From positions 114,824,001 to 114,888,000 of the forward strand of contig NC_043003.1 in assembly GCF_006345805.1 (NCBI RefSeq): DNA of 64,000 bases, read 5' to 3'. This DNA is from Octopus sinensis. Its lineage: Eukaryota. Under the pieces are notes generated by a model that worked only from the letters and a program-made list of their open reading frames with translations, was not told the DNA's origin and made no database searches. Positions 38,141 to 50,741 of the stretch are shown here, piece by piece. Positions within the stretch are counted from its first letter, which is position 1; every line of letters begins with the position of its first letter. A program made the translations under genes and the position numbers.

Positions 38141-39211
38141 ACCTATCCATTCTTGTTGCTTCTTTCTCGCTTATATATATATCTTCTCTCTATATATAAA
38201 CGGCAGTTTGTCTGTGCGTGCTTCTGTGTGTCTGTTTTCTCGTACCCTCACCCTGACCACGGCTTTCAACCGATTCTGATGAAACTTGACACACACATAG
38301 CCCAATGTCATAATTCAAAACTAACGCAGCGAAAATTTTGAAAAGTTCCCCCAGTTCTGAAAAAAATTGATAAATTCGACATGGGGTCGAGAATCATAAA
38401 CATGAACCACAGACTGTCTAGGGGACGCAACTCGAGAATCTAAGCTTTTTTTATGCAACGCATTATCTATGGTAGTTTTCACAACTTGCAATCGATTTTC
38501 ACCAAACTCATGGTGAAGCTTAATGTTACCCTAAGAAACTTAATTCTGACGTTAGTTTTCCATGCAATACCTTACCATCAGAAACAATCGATAAAATCAT
38601 GCCATTTTGGGAAATCGCGTTCAAATTCAAGATGACATATTTTCGACAATATCTTTCACAAATTGGCAGGAATCTTTTTTTTTTCACAACGAGCATCATG
38701 TCTGCTCCAAGGAGCTATATAGCCCTTTTTATTCCAATAGGATACATTATTGGAAAAAATCGGTAATTTAATCATATGTGGCACACATAGCAAACAAATT
38801 TGTGTATTAAACACAAACCAGACTGTCTAGGGGACGCAACTTGACCTTTTTAGCTATCGATAATTCGATCCAACCAATTCCTACCAGGAAGAAATTACAT
38901 TCGAGACTTTACCCCCAACACCGCCACTTCTGCTAATAGCTGCTGCAGCCGCAAGTTATTCGAATACTTTTTTTGTTTAAACTTTCTTTATAACTACCAC
39001 CCCAAACGTTTTACCTTCAATTTTGACGTACCCTAACGGTCCTCGGACGCTACTTGCAAACTCTTGGTTTATTAGAAACCACTTTTGTCGTGTGCATCAA
39101 AAAACTTTTCCTTTCGTTTGTTCAGTTTGATCACTTTTGACGTTTTCGTTGTTGTCACTCATATTGCTGCCAGCTTTTTGGCCGTTTTTGTACATTTTTA
39201 TACATTTTCGG

Positions 39212-39394
39212 ATACTTACCCCACGAGCTCCTTTTTATTACACCTTTACCAAACACATTGCTATCCACCAAAATACTTACCCCACGTGTTCCTTTTTATT
39301 ACACCTTTACCAAACACATTGCTATCCACCAAAATACTTACCCCACGTGTTCCTTTTTATTACACCTTTGCCAAACACATTGCTATCCACCAAA
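39212..39394 (+). repeat. 3 x 61 bp tandem repeat immediately upstream of the RepHel ATG
   Basis: Three near-identical copies of ATACTTACCCCACG...TTGCTATCCACCAAA. Confidence 0.95.
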
Positions 39395-42300
39395 ATGCCA
39401 CCCAAGAAGAGAAGGACCCTCCTCAGCCCTCGGACGGCCAAGGCATCGGCTGCCAGGGCTAGAAGGGCACGCGAGACCCACGAGGAAACCGCCTTGCGCC
39501 TCTCGCAAACAGCTTCCCGTTATGCCGCTGCTCAGGCATCTGAAACTACTAGCGACCGTTCTACCCGACTTGCAAGGGTCGCAGCGTACAGATCTTCCCT
39601 CCGCTCGAGGTTGACGAAAGAGCAACAGTCCAGCCAAAACATGCGGGCTTCTTACTGTGCTTCCATCCGCAGAGCTCGCGAGAACCCCGAACAAAGGGCC
39701 ATTTGGAATGCGGCTAACGCCACTACCACCGCCAGGACACGATCTGTCGAAACATCACAGCAGAGGAGAACTCGCCAAGATGCTGACGCCGCAAACAAAG
39801 CCATGGCCAAAGCTGCCGAAACACCTCAACAGAGGAGAGCTCGCCAAGCTGCTAACGCCGCAAACACAGCCAGGGCTCGATCTGCCGAAACTCCACACCA
39901 ACGGACTATTCGGACATCCAGACATGCCATTAACACTGCTTCTGCTAGGGCTTCAGAGGGTGCTGAGGCGAGAGCTGAAAGGCTTTCAAGGGATGCCACT
40001 GCTACCGCTGTCGCACGTGCATCTGAATCTGCTGAGGCACGGTGCACTCGACTTGAGAGTATCAACAAACGTCGGGATATCATTCGTGGTGTACGTACCC
40101 CTGCCCCCGCTTTCTGGTTGTCACTAGCATTCAACTACGACGCCACAATTAACTTCTCCTTGCGTGACGACATCAAGATAGGGTCAATGACAATTGTGCC
40201 AGTTTTGCAAAGCCAAGAAATGGCCCGGAGAGCCACCTGGTTTGTGCTGCTCTTGTGGCAAAGTGGACCTGCCACCCCTACGGGAACCACCTCAACCACT
40301 GAAGGATCTCGCGGCGGGTTTAACCCCCGATTCGTCACAATTCCTTGAAATAATTCGAAAGTACAACTGCTCATTCCAAATGACCTCTTTCGGGGCCAAA
40401 ATTCCTCCCAGAGAAGGCTGGATGCCTACTTTCAAAGTGCAGGGACAGGTCTACCATCTTATTGGGTCACTTCTGCCAGACGAGATTCAGCAGTCTTCTT
40501 TCCTCCAAATATACTTCATTGCCGACTACAACCACCAGGTTGATGGACACCTTGGAATAATACCGGGTACAAGCTATGTTCCCCGCAAAGACATTCTTCT
40601 CCGTCTCCAAACCATGCTTCATGATATCAACAGCTACGTCTGCAGCTTCAGATATGCCTTGGACAGTGCTCCATCTTCAAACTTCACCGTTGTCATTGAT
40701 GCTGATAAACGACCCCACGGGGACGCACGAACGCCGTTTCAACGCACCTGCGTGCAACGAAATTGCCGCAGTCATACACGGAGAGCAACACAACAGCCGT
40801 GACATAATCATCTCCTCCCGTGGTAACAACCTACACAGGATCAGCGAGACTCACAGATCTTATGACGCGCTTCAGTATCCATTGCTTTTCCCTTATGGGG
40901 AAGACGGCTACCACTTCGGAATTCCTTTACGGCAGCCCTCCAATCAAACTACTGCGGCATCAAAGACTGTTTCCTGCAGGGCGTTCTACTCATACCGGTT
41001 CATGGTCAGGGAGGGTGAGTTCAACTTATTGCCCCGTTGTCGTCAGCTATTCAACCAGTTCGCCGTCGACATGGCCGCAAAAATGGAATCGGAAAGGCTG
41101 CTATACATTAAACTTAATCAGACCAAACTTCGCTCCGACTCCTACATTCATCTCCGTGACGGTTTGCAACAAGAAAATGACCCTCGCAACATCGGCAAGC
41201 CATGCATTCTACCCTCCACCTTCACGGGAGGACCGCGATATATGCGTGAAAGGACCCAAGACGCCTTGACCTACGTGCGCATTTACGGCCGGCCGGACCT
41301 CTTTATCACCTACACGTGCAATCCCAGCTGCGCGACGAAATCACTCGCGAACTCCTCCCGGGTCAATCTCACACCCATCGACACGACATCGTTGCTAGGG
41401 TTTTCCGTCTGAATTTGGGCAAAACGAAGGATTTGATAGTTAAGGGTCAGATTTTCGGGCATGTCAGGTGCCACATGTTTTCGGTCGAGTGGCAAAAGAG
41501 GGGCTTGCCACATGCTCACATCTTAATTTGGCTCACTCATAAAATCGAGACTAATGACATTGACAAATTCATTTCCGCCGAGATTCCTGACCCCGATGAG
41601 GACCCCGGACTCTACGAAATTGTCCGCACTACCATGGTACACGGGCCCTGTGGACTAAATTACGCCAACACACATGCTACAAAAACGGATTAGCCTGCTC
41701 AAAGGGATTCCCTAAACGGTTCACTTGGAGACTCAAACAGGCGGCGATGGGTATCCGCTGTACAAACGAAGGAGTCCAGCCAATGGAGGCCGCACGATTA
41801 CGGTTGGGCGACATCAAGTGGACAACAGCTACATTGTCCCCTACTGTCCTCTCCTGTCGAAGATATTCAAAGCCCACGTCAACGTTGAGTTCTGCAGCTC
41901 CATCAGGTCAATACAATATGTCTGCAAATATATCAACAAAGGCAGCGATGCTGCCATGTTCAGCATCCAGAGGACCACCAGTCGCGACGAAGTGTCCAAC
42001 TACTTGGCTGGCCGGTACCTCAGCAGCAACGAAGCGTTTTGGCGCATTTACGGCTTCCCGCTCCATCAGAGACACCCGGCGTGTGGTGCAGCTTGCTGTA
42101 CACTTGGAAAATGGACAGCGGATTTACTTCACAGAGCAAAGTGCTGTGCAGATAGCCACCAGCCCTAAAGACACAACGTTGACTGGTTTCTTCAAATTAT
42201 GCCAACGTGATGACTTCGCTCGAACGCTTTTGTACCCACAGGTCCCATCGTACTTCGTGTGGTCTAAAAACACCTGGGTTCGACGGAAATCCGGCAAAAA

Positions 42301-43842
42301 CGTCGAAAGCTTCCCAGGCGTCAAGTTTGACTCCTGCCTGGGTCGAGTTTACAACATCCCGCCAAACCAGCAAGAATGCTTCTACCTCCGTCTCCTTCTA
42401 CATGAGGTCACTGGTCCAACAGGTTTCGCCAATATACGTACCGTCAATGGGGTTCTGTGCGACACCTTCAGGGAAGCATGTATGAGACTTGGCCTTCTAG
42501 AGGATGACTCCCAGTGGGACGCCACGATGGCAGAGGGTGCTTTACTGCAAACGCATTCGGCCCTACGACATCTTTTCGCAATCCTTCTTCAAAAATGTCA
42601 GCTTAGTGATCCACTAAGTCTCTGGATGAAATACAGGGATGACATGTCGCACGACTTCTTACGTACGGCTCAGCAACACTGCCCTTCCGCCGAGATCACG
42701 TTCACCAACTTCATTTACAATTTTGCGCTCATTCAACTCGAAGACGCTGTCATCGATATGGGTGGGTCTGCTTTAACAGAGTACGGCCTTCCACCACCCA
42801 CACGTGAACACGCCAATGTTATGTCTGCTGAATTGTTACGCGAAACTTCCTACTGCATTGGAACTGCACCAGTACGTCCAAGATAATGAACCACGGCTGC
42901 TTCCAGACCAGCGCATAGCCTACAACACCATCGTAGACTCTGTCAGACAGCAACGTGGGGGGATTTTCTTCCTTGATGCACCCGGCGGCACTGGCAAAAC
43001 CTTCGTCACTAAACTAATTCTGGCAGAGGTCAGACGCAACACGGACATTGCCCTGGCTTGTAGCTTCTCTGCATTCTCAGGGACCTCTTATCGGTCGGTG
43101 AAAATAGGATGCTGTCTGATGCGGATGGCTACGTTCAATTGGACTCACTTTGCACCATTGTCGACACCCCTGCTAGCCTCCGGGACGCTGTCTTCCACGA
43201 CCTACAAAACAATTTACGCGACCTAATATGGCTGGCAGGCAGAGCTATTCTCGCACCCAAAAATACAACCGTCAACTCCATCAATATCCAGCTACTTGAA
43301 GCTATTCCTGGTGATGTCCACGTCTACAAATCTATAGATAGGACAGCAGACCCCGCCCAGCTTGCCGATTATCCTGTTGAATTCCTGAATTCACTTGAAC
43401 CGCTAGGCCTGCCACCACACATCCTGAAGTTAAAAGTCGGTGCGCCCATTATGCTCATCAGGAATTGGTTCCACCTAAACAGTGCAGCGGCACACGTTTG
43501 GTTGTGAAACATTTGGCACCACATTTAATAACGGCCACAATACTTTACCGTTGTGGGAAGGAGAGGACGTCTTCATTCCACGGATGCACCTTCAACCGTC
43601 GGGCGCTGACCTACCAATCCACTTCAGGCGTTCTCAGTTTCCTGTTAAACTCTGCTTCGCAATGTGCCATCAATAAATCCCAAGGCCAACGCTACAAGTC
43701 GCTGGTTACATTTGGGCGAACAGTGCTTCGCCCACGGTCAACTCTACGTGGGCTGTTCACGCGTTGGGAGGCGCAATGATGTTTTCATGTTTTCGCCCAA
43801 CGGACAGCTAGGAACATCGTATATACAGAAGTATTCCAGTGA
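39395..43842 (+). pseudogene. Helitron RepHel transposase (STPR-like repeats, Zn finger, HUH-Y2 Rep, PIF1-family helicase); multiple frameshifts and an internal deletion
   Basis: MPPKKRR start; CQFCKAKKWPGEPPGLCC; Rep motifs [32 protein letters not shown]; Walker A DAPGGTGKT; RAILAPKN; HGQLYVGCSRV; ends NIVYTEVFQ*. Confidence 0.93.
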
Positions 43843-44214
43843 AGACAGACATTGCAACGTCCACATGCCACCTTCGTTTCCTGGAGGGAAAGGACTACAT
43901 TGGGATTAGTCGTTGCCTACTAGGGGCTCTTACATACCCGGGCAACGCCGGCTATGCTGCTAGTATATATAGTTTTTTGGAGAACATTTCTTAGTAGTAA
44001 GACCATAGCGGATGCATTTCTAACATAAGGGTGTCCCCATAGTGGTTTCCCTCTAATATGTTTATATAATACATTTTACTGAAAATTCAGTTTTTTTATA
44101 TGCTAGACCACTGCTGTGAAATCGATGTTAATTAAATTAATATCTAATTTCTCACCGTCATTTTAAATCTAAATATATATATATATATAATATATTTATA
44201 TATATATATTAAGA

Positions 44215-44352
44215 ATCAGCCATTACCTTCTGTTGGAGCTGCGTGGAGCTTAGGTGCTTTCGCTCATAAACACACACATCACCCGGTCTGAGATTCGAAC
44301 TCGCAATCCCTCGGCCGCAAGTCCGCGCTCTAACCACTAGCCATGTGCCTCC
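44215..44352 (-). mobile_element. SINE family A head (truncated)
   Basis: Matches the family A 5' region. Confidence 0.75.
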
Positions 44353-44848
44353 TATGTATATATCTGTGTATCTATGTGTATTTGGGTGTTCTTTGTGTTT
44401 GTGGAAAACCCCCGTCACAGGTTGACAACTGGTGTTTCTTTACGTTTATATGGACCTAGTGATACAGCAAAAGAGCCTGATTGAATAAGTGCCAGGCTTA
44501 GAATAATAATTGCTGCGCCCATAAGTTCGACTAAGATTCTTCACAGTGGAGGGCCAGCAGGGCTGCAATGCAATTACTGAATCAAACAAGCAAAAGACGA
44601 AAGATACACACACACAATATATATATATATATATATATATACAGAGACACACAGAGACACACACACACACACACCTCCACAAAACGATCATAGAAAGTAT
44701 GACCCCAAATGACATTTGTCCGGCCAGCCTACCCACAACACACACTCAGTGACACCAGAATGGACAGAGAGCTAAAATTCTTAGAAAACCCTAGGGGGCC
44801 CAGCAGGCCATAGGAAATACTTCTTCTTCCCTCTCAGATACAAACGCA

Positions 44849-44888
<40 letters not shown>

Positions 44889-45208
44889 ACACACACACAC
44901 ATACATACACATACACACATGTTTTCTCTGTCTCACTTCCTCCTCACCCTCTTATACTGTCTTATTCCTCCCCACTACTACGAAACTCTATAAAATGTTC
45001 AAATTCCCCACAAAGGAATTGATTTGATTTGAAAACCCCACCGGAATGGGAGAAAGCGCTAATAATCCGAATGATATGATCTGAATGATATGATAGATAT
45101 ATATATGTAAAAAATGTAATATATAAATAAATATCTATAAATATGAACCATCCGATCTGATTACCTCACTTTTTCTAATATATAATACCTGTACATCATC
45201 TCCAACCT

Positions 45209-45274
<66 letters not shown>

Positions 45275-45289
45275 TATATATGTATGTAT

Positions 45290-45525
45290 AGACGAAACGG
45301 AGGCGGCTGAGGAAGGGGAATTTTCCTTGTGTTGTATGTCTTTTACCCGTTTTTTTCGTTGTTTAAAAAAATGCCCGTTTCCTTGGTTTTGTGTTTATGT
45401 TTTCGTTTCTCATTGTGTTCGACGTTTTTTTGGTGTCCTGTACCCATATATGCATGTATATATACATATAGATGTAGGTACATACATTTATGTATCTATA
45501 TATGCACATGTTTTATTTATTTATT
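45290..45525. repeat. Unclassified TA-associated interspersed repeat; inverted second copy at 46960-47205
   Basis: TATGTTTTCGTTTCTC.TTGTGTTCGACGT...TTTGGTGTCCTGTA is shared on opposite strands. Confidence 0.8.
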
Positions 45526-46459
45526 ATTTTGTTATTATATAATGGAACGCCACGCATCCATTTCCAAGTAAGTTTTATCTTATATACACACAAACACACA
45601 CACACACACATGTATATATATTATATATATATATATATATACTTACAAACAGATTTTTTCACACACACATATAGGTATAGATTAATGTTTGTGTGTTTCT
45701 TACTAAATCATTCGTTATTTAACAGTGTTTGGTTTGAATGTTAATATATACCACAGTGACTATCGATTTTAACCATCGTGTACTTTATATTTCTCTATAA
45801 TAGACATATGTAATGACCTCACGACCAAATACAATATTTTTACAGAGATAAACAGATCGATCCTCTTGACTATTTTTTATCTAATGTCTTGAATTTAGTG
45901 AGCGACTGTGTACTATAGATATTTGATCACAGAAACAGTGCTTATCAAACCACTCTTATCAAGGGCTTAACTAATTTTTTGAGATCGAATCACCAATTAT
46001 AAACATAAAGCGTTTATAAATTATTATTGCTGTAATACAATACTCCACACTTACTCAAGTGTATATCTTTATATATTTGCCAGCAGTGTATATAATATCA
46101 GTATAAAATATGATCTGCGTTCAGAAAGAGAAGGGCACAATTATAGAGGTTATCCAATGACAAATACATTTTTACATAACAGCTTCGGAACAACATCTGA
46201 TGATCCATTTTTCTGTCGATGAAAACATTTTCGAAGAATATATATATATATATATGTTTAAATGTTTGATGTGCAAGATTTTTTATGTGAAGTCGTGTGT
46301 TGAAACAGATATTGTTATATTTCGGAATGGTCATATTGCCAGTTTAGCCAATAAAAACACAGGCACTATATATTTGGTGTTATTTTGCTTCAGTGTTATT
46401 TATTTTTTACATTATTCTTAATCTTATTTCGGTCAGAGTTCTACACACGAGGTCACATT

Positions 46460-46524
<65 letters not shown>

Positions 46525-46736
46525 ATTTATTGAAATGGATAAATGAATTATTTTGTTAAGGATTATTCAAAATTTAACCGATACCTGGGTAGCAAAAATC
46601 ACAACAGAAAAAACACGGTTGAAGTAACGACCTTGGGGTGTCGCAACCGTGCCTTAGCGCGGATAATTGAAGTTTGATATATTTAGTGAAGGGAAGAAAT
46701 GGAGCTGAACGAAGATGCTACAGAATTCCTTTTATT

Positions 46737-46822
46737 ATTTTCTACACATGTTTCAAAGGCCGCAAATTTCCAAATTCGGATTGAATAAGGAGACCATTTT
46801 GCAGCATTCTCTTCAGGAAAAT
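46737..46822 (-). ncRNA. Minimal type I hammerhead ribozyme motif
   Basis: AUUUUC-CUGAAGA-GAAUGCUGCAAA...UUUGCGGCCUUU-GAAAC-AUGU-GUA-GAAAAU: 6 bp stem I, 11 of 12 bp stem II, 2 bp stem III. Confidence 0.8.
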
Positions 46823-46959
46823 CCAGGAATTTAAAAATCCAAAACAAATGCGCAGCAAGGTGTACGAACAAAACGCTCCCTAGGAGCCCATGAAGGAGCC
46901 CTTCACTAAATATATATATATATATATTATATATATGTATATATATATATATATATATT

Positions 46960-47205
46960 AATAAATGAAATAAAACATATGCATATATATAAACATATAT
47001 GTACGTACCTACCTCTACATGTACATATACACGCATATATGATTACAGGACACCAAAGGGACGTCGAACACAAAGAGAAACGAAAACATAGACACAAACC
47101 AAAGGAACTGGACATTTTTTTAAAAACAACAAAAAAATGGAGTACAGGACAATTAACACAAGGAAAAAAAACCCTTCTTCAGTCGCTATGGTTTCATCTA
47201 CTCTA
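46960..47205. repeat. Inverted copy of the 45290-45525 repeat
   Basis: Diverged reverse complement. Confidence 0.8.
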
Positions 47206-47616
47206 TTTATATATACATTCATACATACATGTATATATGCATATGTCAAATAAATAGGTCACAAAAGAGACAGTGACTATTGATTAGCACCGCTTTTATT
47301 AAAGATAGGAGTTAAACTAACTCAAAGCCACAAACGCGCTGTCTTGATTGACTGACAGATGTAGTTGAGTTTAACCGAAGTCGTTAAGAGCCACTGATGA
47401 GGATTAAGATTATCTACATCAAAATCCGCCGTGCGCTGTGGACTTACCTCCCATTTGTCAGTCACTTTAATTCTTATGTTTAGCAAAAACGGTGCTAGTC
47501 ACTACCCCCTGTCACATTTATAACCTCTTTTGGTTTTGCCTTTTGGTTAGAACTGCTAATAAAACACCCTTTTTAATGTGTTATACGTATATGTATATGT
47601 ATATGTGTGTATCTAT

Positions 47617-47915
47617 AACACCGTGTCCGACCAGGCTATCATATGTTGCTACACATAGCTGGTCACAATGCGCTTCGCATGTTTTAGCCTTCAAATGACG
47701 CCACCCCACTGGCTAAGCGAGCAGGCCAGCAGAAGAAAGAGTGAGAGAAAGTCGTGGCGAAAGAGTACAGCAGGGATCCACCCTTTGACGGAGCCTCGTG
47801 GAGATTTAGGTGTTTTTGCTCAATTAAACACTTACAACGCCCGGTCTGGGAATCGAAACCGCGATCTTACGATCGCGAATCCGCTGTCCTTACCACTGGG
47901 CCATTGCGCCTCCAC
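47617..47915 (-). mobile_element. SINE with family A head and a third tail type
   Basis: Head matches family A; sequence after CTTTCTCTCACTCTT differs from the other copies. Confidence 0.85.
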
Positions 47916-47928
47916 GTGTGTCTACCTC

Positions 47929-48001
<73 letters not shown>

Positions 48002-48016
48002 ATATATATATATATA

Positions 48017-48049
<33 letters not shown>

Positions 48050-48073
48050 AATATATATATAATATATATATAT

Positions 48074-48467
48074 ACTCTTTTACTCTTTTACTTGTTTCAG
48101 TCATTTGACTGCGGCCATGCTGGAGCACCGCCTTTAATCGAGCAACTCTACCCCGGGACTTATACTTTCTGTAAGCCCAGTACTTATTCTATCGGTCTCT
48201 TTTGCCGAACAGCTAAGTAAAGGGGACATAAACACACCAGCATCGGTTGTTAAGCAACGCCATGGGGACAAACACAGACACACAAACACACACACGCATA
48301 TATATATATACATATATACGACGGGCTTCTTTCAGTTTCCGTCTACCAAATCCACTCACAAGGCTTTGGTCGGCCTGAGGCTATAGTAGAAGACACTTGC
48401 CCAAGGTGCCACATAGTAGTACTGAACCCGGAACCATGTGGCTGTTAAACAAGCTATTTACCACACG
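48074..48467 (-). mobile_element. SINE family B
   Basis: Collinear with 14117-14540. Confidence 0.92.
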
Positions 48468-48479
48468 TGCTGCTTTCAG

Positions 48480-48716
48480 TACCTATTTCTTTACTACCCA
48501 CAAGGGGCTAAACATAGAGAGGACAAACAAGGACAGACAAACGGATTAAGTCGATTATATCGACCCCAGCGCGTAACGGGTACTTATTTAATCGACCCCG
48601 AAAGGAGGAAAGGCAAAGTCGACCTCGGCGGAATTTGAACGCAGAACGTAACGGCAGACGAAATGCGGCTACGCATGTCGCCCGGCGTGCTAACGTTTCT
48701 ACCAGCTCGCCGCCTT
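48480..48716 (-). mobile_element. SINE family C monomer
   Basis: Matches 13264-13498. Confidence 0.9.
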
Positions 48717-49073
48717 TGATCGAATGCCATCTGAAGGCACTGAACACAGACCCCCTGTGCTTAAGAAGCAAACCTTTTACCACATAGACACCGCTCACAA
48801 CAAAGGCTTAGAATGATGATCACTAAAAGAAATTGATATCTTTGAATTAATCTCTGTTTATCTCCCTTCCTCTTTGAGCGTCTTTTTCTTTCCTTCTTTT
48901 TACGTACTTGCCGGCGATATTTTTTGTCGATCAATCTGTTCGTTTCTGTAGCTAAATTTTTACTGTTCACTATCGATCTTCTGATTTGCATGTGTATTTT
49001 TCCTCTGCATTTCATTTCACTTCATCCTTTCCATTTACCCCTCTCTCCTCTCTCTCCTCTCCTCTCTCGCTCT

Positions 49074-49108
<35 letters not shown>

Positions 49109-49109
49109 T

Positions 49110-49120
49110 TCTTATGTATG

Positions 49121-49157
<37 letters not shown>

Positions 49158-49704
49158 ATAATTTATATATTATATATATTATATATAGGGATATAATATA
49201 TATATGTATATATATGTAATTATATATTAATATACACTAACATACATACACTATACATAGATATATATACACATACATACATATATATACATACATCTAC
49301 ATATATATATGTATATATATATACATATACATAAGTATGTATGTAAATATATATATATATACATACATACATATATATGCATATATATATACATATATAA
49401 GTATGTATATATATATACATATATATATGTATGTATGTTATATATATATGCATATATATGTATGTATATAATATATATATATACATATATATGTGATATA
49501 TATATTTATATATGTATATATATATATATATATGTTTATATATATGTATATATATATATGTATATAATATTATATGTGTGTGTGTGATGTATATATATAT
49601 ACATACATACATACATATATATATATGTATATATTACATATATATGTATGTATTATATATACATATATAATGTATGTATGTATATATATATATGCATATA
49701 TATG

Positions 49705-49735
<31 letters not shown>

Positions 49736-49789
49736 TACATATATATGTATATATATTGTATATATGTATATATAATATATATTATGTTT

Positions 49790-49824
<35 letters not shown>

Positions 49825-49905
49825 GTGTGTGTGTATGTATATATATATATACAACATACATACATATATATATAGTATATACTATATATACATTATATAT
49901 GTATG

Positions 49906-49967
<62 letters not shown>

Positions 49968-49978
49968 TATATATATAT
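49110..49978. repeat. (TA)n-rich compound microsatellite
   Basis: Directly visible. Confidence 0.97.
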
Positions 49979-50349
49979 GGCGGAGAAGGCAGTAGGTAAA
50001 TGAGTTCGTGCGTTCTTTATTTTCAATCAAGATGCTGTTTAAGTTTTACAAAAATATATATTCTGCCTGAAATTGTTGCATCGATTGTTTTTGTTTTTTT
50101 TAACCAAATTTGAAAAGTAGAAATGATAAAAGGAAAAGACTAAATTAAAATAAAGACCTAAAAATAAACACATAAATAAATAACTAATAAATAGATAGAT
50201 GTAGTAAACATGAAACAGACCCAAACAAAATAAAAAATTAATAAATTAAGATTATCTTTCGCTACGTACAGACACCAATTAGTATCCGAATATTTTCTTG
50301 GAAAACTCTCGAAATCAGCATTGTTATAAAACTGTATGGATGTCATACA

Positions 50350-50689
50350 AATAGTAACAATAATAATAGTAGTAGTAGTAATAATAATGATAATAACAAT
50401 AATAATAGTAATAATAATTATAATAATGGTAATAAGAATAATGATAATAATGATAATGATGATGATGATGGTGATGATAATAATAATAATAATAACAACA
50501 ACAACAATAATAATAATAATAATATTAAAATTCATGATGATGATGATATTGATGATGATGATCATGATAATAGTGATAATAATGATAATCATAATAATAA
50601 TAACGATAATTATAATAAAAATATTGATGATGATGATGATGATGATGATGTCGATGATGATGATGAAGAGGAAAATGATACTAATAATA

Positions 50690-50740
<51 letters not shown>
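50350..50740. repeat. (AAT)n/(GAT)n microsatellite
   Basis: Directly visible. Confidence 0.97.

Positions 50741-50741
<1 letters not shown>

Larger units (their letters stand above)
37280..38175. mobile_element. 249 bp inverted repeat with 398 bp spacer; probable Penelope-like/retrozyme-like element with inverted terminal repeat
   Basis: 37280-37528 is the reverse complement of 37927-38175 (the same 60 aa ORF is listed on both strands); each arm carries a hammerhead motif. Confidence 0.75.
38182..43963 (+). mobile_element. Helitron (autonomous type, defective as assembled)
   Basis: A|TC 5' end, 3' hairpin CCCGGGCAACGCCGG followed by CTAG|T, insertion in an AT run without TSD, internal Rep/helicase coding region. 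Confidence 0.95.

Noticed and set aside
45291-45330. GAAAC followed by CTGAGGA as a permuted hammerhead
   Set aside because: The spacing is too short to form stems I and III with a cleavage triplet.
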